From: Bacteroidota bacterium
GTDB taxonomy: Bacteria > Bacteroidota > Ignavibacteria > Kapaibacteriales > UBA2268
DNA length: 64,000 nt
Direction of reading: 5' to 3'
NCBI GenBank assembly: GCA_004322215.1
Contig: SCSM01000007.1
Location: 192,071-256,070 of the forward strand
Part shown: positions 31,395 through 40,766 of the stretch, one piece after another
Numbering within the stretch: the first letter of the stretch is position 1
Layout: each line of letters starts with the position of its first letter
Position numbers and translations under genes: made by a program
Notes under the pieces: generated by a model
What the model saw: only the letters and a program-made list of their open reading frames with translations
Database searches by the model: none
What the model was told of the DNA's origin: nothing

Positions 31395-31949
31395 ATGAAG
31401 AAAATTTACATTATAATAATTATAACTTTTATATATCTTTTACCTTTAAAAGCACAATTCAGACCCATTGATACATTAACAGGTAAAGTTGTTCATTATA
31501 CAGGCATCTATGCTGGCGGCTCATCAATAATGGAACAAAAGCTTTTCGGTTTCACTCTTATTGGTGAATATGAGTATCGTGAAATAAAATCCTCGATGGG
31601 GTTCGGATTTAATATTCACATGATATTTTCAGATTTAACCGAATATGGATTTGGCATCCCTTTGTACTGGCATGGATTAACAAGTATGAACCTGAGATTA
31701 AACATTACTCCTGGAGTTACAATCACAAAAAGAGTTGTTTATTCAAGATTTAAACCCGGGACTCAACCTGAAGAAGAAACTAAAAATACGGCAAACTTTT
31801 TTCTTCAGGCAGGATTGGGCTGGGAAACATTTATTTACAGGGATGCTGACCCTGTTCTGGTTCTAACGCCGACACTGAGTTGCGACATAATCAGTGAAAG
31901 TGAAGTTTATGTAGGCTTTGGAGCCAGTTTATGTTGGATAATATATTAG
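31395..31949 (+). CDS. Putative small outer-membrane beta-barrel protein
   Basis: Signal peptide, amphipathic beta strands, aromatic C-terminus; similar to the C-terminal half of the next gene. Confidence 0.6.
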   Translation: MKKIYIIIIITFIYLLPLKAQFRPIDTLTGKVVHYTGIYAGGSSIMEQKLFGFTLIGEYEYREIKSSMGFGFNIHMIFSDLTEYGFGIPLYWHGLTSMNLRLNITPGVTITKRVVYSRFKPGTQPEEETKNTANFFLQAGLGWETFIYRDADPVLVLTPTLSCDIISESEVYVGFGASLCWIIY

Positions 31950-31976
31950 TAAAAATATGATAAATTTGGGGCTTAA

Positions 31977-32813
31977 ATGAAAATTAATTTAATTCTACTA
32001 ACTTTGTTAATCATTATTATTAATTCTACTTCTTATTCACAATCTTATGATTTCGGTAAGTCAAAAATATTTACAAATTTTAATCCCTCTGTTGCTTTAT
32101 CTGATGAAATTAGAAGTTATCTCGATGCCTTAGCAACTTATATGCATGCAAATGAATATTTCAGCGTTAAAGTATCCGGTCATTCGGATAATTCGGGAAC
32201 ATCGGATGAAAATGAAAAATCCTCTTTAGAAAGAGTAAAAATGATTTCCGATTATTTACTGTCAAAAGGAATTACCGGAGATAGAATTATTGAAAAAGCC
32301 GAAGGTTCAAAGATGCCCATTTCTCCAAATGATACTCCTGAAAGCAATGATTTAAATAACCGGGTGGAAATTAGTGTTCTACATTCTGTTATTGAAATAT
32401 CGATTCATGAATCAAAACATGAAGAACATTCTAATCATATTAGTATTTTTGGAGGAGCTACTACATTTACTGAATCAAAAGAAACTTATGCGACAGCAGG
32501 ATTAGAGTTTGAGCATAGATTTAAGGAAATCAATTATTTGCTTGGATTAGGGATTTTTGCTGAAGCAGTATTTACCGAAGAGAAGGAGTATGTTGCAGGT
32601 ATTCCGATTTTCATTCATCCGGTTCACGGATTGAAATTTTTGTTAGCTCCCGGTGTAAGTGTAGTTAAGGATAATATCGAGATGCTCGTTCGTGCCGGTG
32701 TTGGTTATGACATATATATCGGAAATTTTGCAATTACTCCGGGTTTCAATGTTGACTATGTCAAAGAACATTTCACACTGGTTTATGGTATTAGTTTTGG
32801 AATTGGCTTTTAG
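31977..32813 (+). CDS. OmpA-like peptidoglycan-binding domain fused N-terminally to a small beta-barrel
   Basis: GHSDNSG...SLERVKMISDYL...NNRVEI OmpA_C motifs, then HESKHEEHSNH and beta strands ending YGISFGIGF. Confidence 0.75.
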   Translation: MKINLILLTLLIIIINSTSYSQSYDFGKSKIFTNFNPSVALSDEIRSYLDALATYMHANEYFSVKVSGHSDNSGTSDENEKSSLERVKMISDYLLSKGITGDRIIEKAEGSKMPISPNDTPESNDLNNRVEISVLHSVIEISIHESKHEEHSNHISIFGGATTFTESKETYATAGLEFEHRFKEINYLLGLGIFAEAVFTEEKEYVAGIPIFIHPVHGLKFLLAPGVSVVKDNIEMLVRAGVGYDIYIGNFAITPGFNVDYVKEHFTLVYGISFGIGF

Positions 32814-32825
32814 GTAAAAATCAAA

Positions 32826-34916
32826 ATGCTTCCATTAAAAATAGCAATCCTGTGGCATTATCATCAGCCATATTATGACAAAGACGGCGAGTTAATTCTC
32901 CCCTGGGTTCGGTTTCACGGTGTCAAGGATTACTGGGACCTGCCCGAATTATTTTATGAATATCCGAATGTTAAGCAGACGATAAACCTTGTTCCATCTC
33001 TTAGTATGCAGCTCGATGATTACATTAACATAAGAACATCGGACAAAATACAACGGCTCACAAATATAAAGCCATCCAAGTTATCTGAAACAAATAAGAG
33101 AGAAATATTGCGTCTATTCTTTCTGTGTAATGAAGAAAATATGATTTTCCCATATCATAGATACAAAGAGCTTTATGATAAAGCTCAAAGTAAGGACGCT
33201 GCATTATTAGAATTCACAGAAAAAGACTGGTTAGATTTGCAGGTTTGGTATAACCTGACCTGGTTTGGTTATTTCTCAAAAGAAAGAAAACCGGTAAAAC
33301 GCCTTTTTAATAAAGGTAGTGGTTTTACCGAAGAAGAAAAAAAACTTGTTCTGGATTTGCAAAATGAAGTGCTGAGTCAAATCAATAATCAGATGAAAAT
33401 GCTTCAGTCACTGAATCAAATTGAAATCAGTTGTACACCGCTATATCATCCGATTCTGCCATTATTATGCAATACTCAGAATGCCAAACAATCTATACCC
33501 GGATTAAAATTACCTGAGAACAATTTCTCATTTCCTGAAGATGCCAAAGCTCAAATTGAAGGTGCGATTAATTATTATTACCGGCTGCTCGGTATCAAAC
33601 CAATTGGAATGTGGCCCTCCGAAGGTTCGATTTCAGATGATGTTATTAATTTAATGATTAGCGCAGGATTGAAATGGACAGCAAGCGATGAGGGCGTGCT
33701 TGCTGCCTCTATTGGTAAACAATATGACTACACTGAAAAATATTTTCCAAGAAAATTCATAAATGACAATGGAGAAATCGCAATTCTTTTCAGAGACCAT
33801 TCGATATCCGACGCTATCGGATTTTTATACTCTAAGTGGAATCCGCATGATGCCACGAGAGATTTTATCGGGAGATTAAATGCAATCAGGAATGAACTGA
33901 TTAATAAAAGAGGCGAGGATTGTCTGAAGCATGCAGTTGTACCGGTTATACTCGATGGTGAGAACTGCTGGGAGTTTTATCAATATAACGGATTGCCCTT
34001 TCTTAAATCATTATTTGAAGAATTATCGAATTCTGATACTTTGAAAACTGTTACATGTTCAACCGCAACCTTAAAAGAGAATCTCGATTATTTACCTCCT
34101 CTGGAAAATGTCCGTGCCGGCTCATGGATTAATGCTGATTTCAATATTTGGATAGGACATGAAGACCACCGCAATGCCTGGTCCATGCTGGCTATGGTGA
34201 GAAAATCAGTAGAAAGCAAAAAAACAGAACTCGATGAAATTACATTGAATAAAGTGATGAAAGAAGTCTATATTGCCGAAGGTTCTGACTGGTTCTGGTG
34301 GTATGGCGATACACATATAGCAGAAAACAAAGGTGATTTCGATATTTTATTTCGATGGCATATCGGAAATATTTACAAATTGCTTGGCATAGAAATACCT
34401 AAAGAAGTAAATATACCAATAGGTAAGGAATACGAGGTTGCAAAAGTAGTTAAGCAGGAAGGACATGTTTCTCCCTCTATTGACGGAAAAATAAGTTCAG
34501 ATGATGAATGGATAAAAGCCGGCTATTATGATGCACAATCCACTATGACTGCAATGCATCAGGTGGGTGAGTTTCTAAAAAAGTTGTGGTATGGCTCTGA
34601 TAAAGAAAATGTTTATTTACGTTTTGACTTGCTTAAAGAAATGGATTTCGATGATTCAGTTGTTGTTCATTTTCTTAATCCTGTTAAATTTATCCTGACA
34701 CTTAAAAAGAATAATTTCGATATAAAATCCGATGAGAAATTATCATTAGAACGATTCTCGATTTCAAGCCATGACATAATTGAATTATTAATTTCTAAAT
34801 CAACTTTTATATCGGATTCAAACTCCGAAATCAAAATTGAAATTACAATTCAAACCCATACAAAAGAAGGTGAAATTAGCTACCCAAGGCAAGGTAGCTT
34901 AGAATTGCTGGTCTAA
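32826..34916 (+). CDS. Glycoside hydrolase family 57 (amylopullulanase-like)
   Basis: WHYHQPYY, YHPILPLL, GMWPSEGS, ILDGENCWE, AEGSDWFWW. Confidence 0.92.
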   Translation: MLPLKIAILWHYHQPYYDKDGELILPWVRFHGVKDYWDLPELFYEYPNVKQTINLVPSLSMQLDDYINIRTSDKIQRLTNIKPSKLSETNKREILRLFFLCNEENMIFPYHRYKELYDKAQSKDAALLEFTEKDWLDLQVWYNLTWFGYFSKERKPVKRLFNKGSGFTEEEKKLVLDLQNEVLSQINNQMKMLQSLNQIEISCTPLYHPILPLLCNTQNAKQSIPGLKLPENNFSFPEDAKAQIEGAINYYYRLLGIKPIGMWPSEGSISDDVINLMISAGLKWTASDEGVLAASIGKQYDYTEKYFPRKFINDNGEIAILFRDHSISDAIGFLYSKWNPHDATRDFIGRLNAIRNELINKRGEDCLKHAVVPVILDGENCWEFYQYNGLPFLKSLFEELSNSDTLKTVTCSTATLKENLDYLPPLENVRAGSWINADFNIWIGHEDHRNAWSMLAMVRKSVESKKTELDEITLNKVMKEVYIAEGSDWFWWYGDTHIAENKGDFDILFRWHIGNIYKLLGIEIPKEVNIPIGKEYEVAKVVKQEGHVSPSIDGKISSDDEWIKAGYYDAQSTMTAMHQVGEFLKKLWYGSDKENVYLRFDLLKEMDFDDSVVVHFLNPVKFILTLKKNNFDIKSDEKLSLERFSISSHDIIELLISKSTFISDSNSEIKIEITIQTHTKEGEISYPRQGSLELLV

Positions 34917-35002
34917 TCTAAATTAAATTTAAATCCAATTTTACTAAATTACTTTTTCAAAAATGATTTCATTGATTAATAAAACTAAATATTTCGCGAA
35001 AA

Positions 35003-35483
35003 ATAAAACAACTAATTATAAATTGCCTTTGGTATGATTCAGAAGCAGAAGAGGCAGCGAATTTCTATGTAACAATTTTCAAAAATTCTAAAATATGCAA
35101 TATCACCCGTTTCGACAAGGAAGGTTTTGAATTCCACCATAAGCACGAAGGAACTGCCATGTCAGTTTAATTTAAAATTGACGGACATCAATTTATTGCA
35201 TTAAATGGAGGTCCTCAAATTAAAATTTAATGAAGCAATTTCAATGATGATAAATTGCGAAACACAGGAGGAAATTGATTATTATTGGAGTAAACTTACA
35301 CATGGAGGTGAGGAAGGTCAATTCGGATGGCTAAAGGATAAATTCGGAGTTTCCTGGCAGGTTTATCCCGTTCATCTTGAAGAAATTATGAAGGATACGG
35401 ATATTGTTCACAAAGAAAAAGTAATGAAAGAATTATATCAAATGAAAAAATTTGATATTTCAAAAATTGAATTAGCATATTAA
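35003..35483 (+). pseudogene. VOC/PhnB (3-demethylubiquinone-9 3-methyltransferase-like) pseudogene
   Basis: IKQLIINCLWYDSEAEEAANFY...AMSV*FKIDGHQFIALNGGPQ, then a frameshift to KFNEAISMMINC...GWLKDKFGVSWQ; TAA at 35168-35170; extra base near 35220; no ATG at the expected start. Confidence 0.85.
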
Positions 35484-35544
35484 GGTGAATAATTTTATTT
35501 CCCTTTTTTGTGAAAATAAAGAATGAAACTTATTTAAATCAAAA

Positions 35545-36399
35545 TCAATCTGAAATCTGTTCTGTATCCATTGGAATGAAATCAGAATTTATATTATCAT
35601 TTGAAGGATATTTGTTTTCTTCATCATCTTCTTGTTTCTCAATATTTTCTTTCAATGATTCAGGAAGTTCAATATAAGTTTCTTCGAGGTTCTTATCTAC
35701 AACTATTTCAATGTTGGATTCAGGTTGTTCCTGCTCGAGTGATAATTCCTCGAGTTCGCGTAATTTCGGTAAATCTTCCAGCCCATTCAATCCGAAAGTT
35801 TTCAGAAATTCCTGAGTTGTTGCATATAATAACGGTTTACCCAGTACATCTTTCCTACCGACAATTTCCACTAATCCTTTTTCTATAAGCGAATTAACCA
35901 CATCAATTGAATTGACCCCCCTTACCTGCTCAATCTCCGGTTTGGTAACCGGTTGTCGGTAGGCAATGATAGCTAAAGTTTCGAGGGCTGCATGCGATAA
36001 TCTTTTCTTGATTTTACTTTTGACAATTTGCTGAAGCAACATACCGTATTCAGGTCTGGTCGAATATACATACCCTCCAGCTAAATTTACTATCTGGAAT
36101 GGTCGGTTTGTTTCCACCAGCTCTGTATTGATTTCATTTATTAATTCCGACAAATCATCGGGAGAAAATTTTATTGCTTCGCTGACAGATTCTGCAAGCG
36201 AAATTTGATTCTCTTCCTGGTTTTCCCCTTCTTTATTTTCATCGTTTGAAACAGGTGCAAAACCTGAACCCGTTATTACCAATGTTTTATAAAGAATTTT
36301 TGAAGGCATCGGCTCTTCAGAAGAAAATAGTAATGCTTCAATTACAGCTTTCTGTTCGTTTCTCGATAAATTTAAAAATTGTTTATTTATTGATTCCAT
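35545..36399 (-). CDS. scpB: SMC-Scp complex subunit ScpB
   Basis: IEALLFSS, LSHAALETLAIIAYRQPVT, IEQVRGV, GKPLLYATT, DLP. Confidence 0.93.
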   Translation of the reverse strand: MESINKQFLNLSRNEQKAVIEALLFSSEEPMPSKILYKTLVITGSGFAPVSNDENKEGENQEENQISLAESVSEAIKFSPDDLSELINEINTELVETNRPFQIVNLAGGYVYSTRPEYGMLLQQIVKSKIKKRLSHAALETLAIIAYRQPVTKPEIEQVRGVNSIDVVNSLIEKGLVEIVGRKDVLGKPLLYATTQEFLKTFGLNGLEDLPKLRELEELSLEQEQPESNIEIVVDKNLEETYIELPESLKENIEKQEDDEENKYPSNDNINSDFIPMDTEQISD

Positions 36400-36417
36400 A
36401 GTTTACTTATTTTATAT

Positions 36418-37149
36418 TCAATTTAAATTAAATGACGTTTTAGCGGCTACAACAATTTCATCGAACAATACCGGCTGTCTGACAACAATTTTTTGCGATT
36501 TAGTAAGTTCCAGTACCGCAAGAAAGGTTGCTACAATATGAGGATGTGACTTAACATCTTCAACAAGTTCCATAAAATTCATCCTCTTTCTTATTTTCAA
36601 CTTATCCATAATAAATGCAATCTTTTCTTCTACGGTAATCGAAATCAATTGGACAAGATGTTGCTGGTTACTCAGCTTTTTCCTGTCAATTGCCTTTTTA
36701 AAAGCCCTAATCAAATCGAAAAGTGTTGCATTTTTATAAACGTTATCTTCTGCTGCATCGCCTTGCATAAAATCTTCGAAAAGGTGTCTATAATAATAAT
36801 AGCGGCTGTTTTCCGCCATCATCGAAATGTCTCGTGCTGCTTCTTTAAACTGCTTGTATTCGATTAATCTCTGGACAAGCAATGTCCTCGGGTCTTCAAC
36901 TTCTACCCCTTCTCCACCGGTTTCCCTCGGCAACAGTAACTGGGATTTAATATACATCAGGTTTGCCGCCATTACGAGAAATTCTCCTGCAAGCTCTAAA
37001 TCGAATAGACGCATCAGCCGGATGTACTTGAGGAATTCCTCCGTTATTCTTGCAATTGGAATATCATATATATTTATTTCATCCTTCTTGATGAAATAAA
37101 GGAGCAGGTCAAAAGGTCCCTCAAAATTCGGTAATATTAATTTATACAT
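36418..37149 (-). CDS. scpA: Segregation/condensation protein ScpA
   Basis: FEGPFDLLL, GEFLVMAA, TFLAVLEL. Confidence 0.93.
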   Translation of the reverse strand: MYKLILPNFEGPFDLLLYFIKKDEINIYDIPIARITEEFLKYIRLMRLFDLELAGEFLVMAANLMYIKSQLLLPRETGGEGVEVEDPRTLLVQRLIEYKQFKEAARDISMMAENSRYYYYRHLFEDFMQGDAAEDNVYKNATLFDLIRAFKKAIDRKKLSNQQHLVQLISITVEEKIAFIMDKLKIRKRMNFMELVEDVKSHPHIVATFLAVLELTKSQKIVVRQPVLFDEIVVAAKTSFNLN

Positions 37150-37170
37150 AAATTATTTTATTTATTATAC

Positions 37171-37303
37171 TTGAATAGCCACTATCTTCAGATAGTGGGT
37201 GCCAATTACACAGGCATTATGACTTTAGTCAATTATTTATATTGGGATAAATCCCGTTACAAACAGAATAAGACACCACTACTTAAAAGTAGTGACTATT
37301 CAA
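37171..37303. repeat. REPIN/MITE-like inverted doublet of hairpins
   Basis: Terminal inverted repeat TTGAATAGCCACTA...TAGTGACTATTCAA; each arm carries one large and one small tetraloop hairpin. Confidence 0.75.
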
Positions 37304-37390
37304 TAATTTTCAAATTTTTTTAGTACACTAATAGTAAGTCATACCAAAATAGTAAAAATCCTATGAAAGTTTTCCACATTATGAAAGTGC

Positions 37391-38497
37391 TTATTCTTCA
37401 ATATATAAGCGTGGAACACGAGCAGATATTGCTGTCAGGATTTCATATTGTATTGTTCCGATTTTATTTGCCAGTTCAAATGCGGTTATTTCTTCATTCC
37501 CCTGTTTACCCAGCAAAACCACTTCATCTCCCACATTGATTTCATCATCACCGACATCAACCATACATTCATCCATGCATACAGTTCCGACAAGATTATA
37601 TCTTTTCCCATTAATAAGGCATTGCGATTTGTTAGTTAGCGTTTTGAAATAACCGTCACCATACCCAACCGGAATAGTTGCGATTGTTGTTGGTTCCGGA
37701 GATATAAAAAGCCGGTCGTAACCTACTGATTCACCTTTCCTGATTCTCCTCATCATCACAACTTTTGTCTTTAAAGTTAAAATCGGTTTTACATCAAATT
37801 TATCTGATAATTCGGGTATTGGCGGATAACCGTAAATTGACATACCGGGTCTTACAATCGAAAAATGCGACTCAGGATGATTAGCTATTGCACCGGAATT
37901 TGCCGTATGAATAATTGAAAAACTATACCCGGCTTGTTTCAATGAATCAAGTGTATCATTAAATAATCTCAACTGTCTTTTAACAAATACCGGGTCTGTA
38001 GATGATGTTGCAAAATGAGTACATACACCTACGAAATTGATATTTTTCATGCCATTGCATTTTTCCATACATTGAACAGTATCCACCGGTTGAATACCCT
38101 CGCGGTTCATACCCGTACCGATACATAAATGGACTGGCACTCTTTTACCTGCTTTGATGGCTTCTGCTGATAATTCCTGTACAAATTCGTATGTAGAAAC
38201 CGATGCCTGCAAATCATATTCAACGAATTTCTTTGCTTCGTCCGGAAATGTTGGTACAAGTACGACGACAGGAACATTAACACCTGCTTCTTTAATGATT
38301 ATCCCCTCATCTGCAAAAGCGACTCCAAGATAATCAACACCGAATTTCTCAAGCGATTTGGATATTTCGACTATGCCATGACCATAAGCATTTGCCTTGA
38401 CTATTGCCATCACCTTTGAATTTGGTGCGAGTTCTCTTATGCGGTTTAAATTATGCTTCAGATTGCTTAAATTAATTACTGCTATTGTTGAACGCAT
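37391..38497 (-). CDS. alr: Alanine racemase
   Basis: AIVKANAYGHG, TGMNREG, THFA, VRPG, PVGYGDG, GTVCMD. Confidence 0.95.
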   Translation of the reverse strand: MRSTIAVINLSNLKHNLNRIRELAPNSKVMAIVKANAYGHGIVEISKSLEKFGVDYLGVAFADEGIIIKEAGVNVPVVVLVPTFPDEAKKFVEYDLQASVSTYEFVQELSAEAIKAGKRVPVHLCIGTGMNREGIQPVDTVQCMEKCNGMKNINFVGVCTHFATSSTDPVFVKRQLRLFNDTLDSLKQAGYSFSIIHTANSGAIANHPESHFSIVRPGMSIYGYPPIPELSDKFDVKPILTLKTKVVMMRRIRKGESVGYDRLFISPEPTTIATIPVGYGDGYFKTLTNKSQCLINGKRYNLVGTVCMDECMVDVGDDEINVGDEVVLLGKQGNEEITAFELANKIGTIQYEILTAISARVPRLYIEE

Positions 38498-38644
38498 TTA
38501 TTTATTTTTTATCCTGATTAATTGGCTGAATTTTTGCTCTTTATCCTTATTTATATTAACTTTTGGTAAAAAGTACCGAAAAATCTAACAAAATTAGGGT
38601 TTATTCGGCTAAAATAAAATTAAGTTATTTTAACTTTTGAAAAT

Positions 38645-40378
38645 ATGATGAAAATTAGAATATTATCTATCCTTCTGGCATTGGTATTTATATCCTGTAA
38701 ATCGGTTCCACCGTGTCCCGATGAACTGGAAATCGGCAATCTTGGAACCACAATCAACACAGGAATGGATGACCATTTGCCTGTCGTTTATGGCGATACG
38801 CTTTACTTTACTTCCACTCGTGAAGAATCTGATGATAAGGAACTTGTTTTCATGTCTCCAATTATTGATGGAAAATTTACTTACCCTGTAATAGATAAAA
38901 ATTTACCGTTAAATAAATTCCAGAAAATCTCTTCGCCTGCTTTTTATTTAAATAAACAAACCGGTATTGAAGAACTGTATTTTGCTGCAATCAATCCAAA
39001 AACAAAAAAGGGTAACAGGGACATATTTGTTTCGGTTGATTCAGGTAATGGCTGGTCTAATCCCGTTCCTCTGGGATATAAAATCAGCACGGAAAATTAC
39101 GAATCACATCCTTCATTATCCTCTGATGGCAGCATATTATTATTTTCATCGGACAGACCGGGTGGAATCGGTGATGTTGATTTATATTTAAGTGCAAGGC
39201 AAAAAGACGGCTCCTGGGCTGACCCGGTAAATCTGGGGAAAGATGTCAATACACCTAAGGCAGATATTGCACCTTTGATTGCTCCAGATGGATACTTGTA
39301 TTTTGCATCTAAAGGTTATGGTGGTGATTCTACTTATGACATTATAAAAGCGGAACCGGTGAAAAAAGGAAGCTGGCAGAAACCGCGAAAAATGAAGTCG
39401 CCGATTAACACAAACTTCGATGAATCAGGACCTGCGATTTGGAATAATATGCTCATTCTCTCTTCCAACCGTAAGGGTGGTTGCGGTGGTTTTGATATTT
39501 ATTCTTTTGACTTATGCGGTCCGGTTACAATTGAAGGTGAGATTGCCGGTAACGGCGCAGGAATACCATTAAATGGAATAGTCGGGCTTTATGATAACAA
39601 TAAAATTAAATTGCTTGAGCAAATCATTTCTGAAAATGGAAAATTTTCATTCCCGGTCGAAGTTCTGAAAACATATACTTTAAAATATAATAATAATTGT
39701 TTGGCAAATACTGCTCTCGAACAGGACATCACCACTCCATGCAATGATACAAGTTCGGTAAAGTTACAGGTAAAATTTACTCTCCCTGAAGAACAAAATA
39801 TGTTCCAGACAGAAGAATTTGCAGTGCCATTCTTCGTTACCGGCTATTACAAGCCAAACACAAGCGATAATCTCGAGGGCTTGAGAATGAAATTCGCATA
39901 CAATATCATAGGAATAGCGGATTCAACAAAGTTCATAGAATTTCCCGGTCCTGAATATGATGAATTGTCTCTGAAAGTTGATGAAGGCATTACAAATGTT
40001 GTCGAAAATATTCTTAAGTCAATCGAACAGTTAACCGCTCCTTGCACATCCGGAAAGAATGAAATTACAATTCATATTACCGGTTACGCTGACCCGCGTA
40101 CACTTTCTGATTATTCACGTTATTTCGAAGATGACATTGATGATGAGGATTTCAGTATCCATATCAAACGTGGAGAACTAATGTCCAATGAGTTACTCTC
40201 TATATTAAGAGCATTTAACACATATTTACTTATTCAATCTAAACTCATAGATTCTGAAGAATATCAGAATTTTCTCGATAAAATTAAATGGGAAATCGAA
40301 GGAAAAGGAATAGATGATAAACCGGATGTATCAAATGAAATGAGAAGAAGAGTTGATATTAAGATAAGTATTAAGTAA
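38645..40378 (+). CDS. Lipoprotein with PD40/WD40-like repeats, beta-sandwich and divergent OmpA-like domain (PorE-like)
   Basis: Lipobox FISC; FSSDRPGGIGDVDLY, PVNLGKDVNT, SNRKGGCGGFDIY repeats; GYADPR...LSILRA...RRRVDI. Confidence 0.7.
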   Translation: MMKIRILSILLALVFISCKSVPPCPDELEIGNLGTTINTGMDDHLPVVYGDTLYFTSTREESDDKELVFMSPIIDGKFTYPVIDKNLPLNKFQKISSPAFYLNKQTGIEELYFAAINPKTKKGNRDIFVSVDSGNGWSNPVPLGYKISTENYESHPSLSSDGSILLFSSDRPGGIGDVDLYLSARQKDGSWADPVNLGKDVNTPKADIAPLIAPDGYLYFASKGYGGDSTYDIIKAEPVKKGSWQKPRKMKSPINTNFDESGPAIWNNMLILSSNRKGGCGGFDIYSFDLCGPVTIEGEIAGNGAGIPLNGIVGLYDNNKIKLLEQIISENGKFSFPVEVLKTYTLKYNNNCLANTALEQDITTPCNDTSSVKLQVKFTLPEEQNMFQTEEFAVPFFVTGYYKPNTSDNLEGLRMKFAYNIIGIADSTKFIEFPGPEYDELSLKVDEGITNVVENILKSIEQLTAPCTSGKNEITIHITGYADPRTLSDYSRYFEDDIDDEDFSIHIKRGELMSNELLSILRAFNTYLLIQSKLIDSEEYQNFLDKIKWEIEGKGIDDKPDVSNEMRRRVDIKISIK

Positions 40379-40417
40379 TTTAAATAAATAAAAATACTTT
40401 ATTTAAATTTAAAGTAA

Positions 40418-40642
40418 ATGAAAGACTATTATATAAATATCTTTTACAGCGATGAAGATGAAGGATATATAGTTGATATACCGGATTTGAAATTTTGTTC
40501 TGCCTTTGGAAATACCCCAAATGAAGCATTGAAAGAAGTCTTAGAAGCAAAGGAAGCTTGGTTAGAAGCTGCAAAAAAAGAAAAAAAGAAAATCCCGAAA
40601 CCAAGATATAAGCCTATTTTTTATAAGTTTGCAGTTTTATAA
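40418..40642 (+). CDS. hicB: HicB family antitoxin (orphan)
   Basis: YSDEDEGYIVDIPDLKFCSAFGNTPNEAL...AKEAWLE...IPKP. Confidence 0.88.
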   Translation: MKDYYINIFYSDEDEGYIVDIPDLKFCSAFGNTPNEALKEVLEAKEAWLEAAKKEKKKIPKPRYKPIFYKFAVL

Positions 40643-40717
40643 ATCAGAATTATAAAGAAACCGATAATTAATGGGTCTTTTTTTCCATTTCGAATTAATA
40701 CATAAATTTCTAATTCT

Positions 40718-40725
40718 TATATTTG
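40718..40725 (+). promoter_or_regulatory. Bacteroidota-type -7 promoter element upstream of manC
   Basis: TATATTTG about 40 bp before the ATG. Similar boxes lie upstream of ALDH (31298-31305, -), alr (38589-38596, -) and the 48782 gene (48819-48826, -). Chance matches are possible in AT-rich DNA. Confidence 0.5.
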
Positions 40726-40766
40726 CTTTTCAATTATCTTAAATTTATATTTTTTCTTATTACAAA

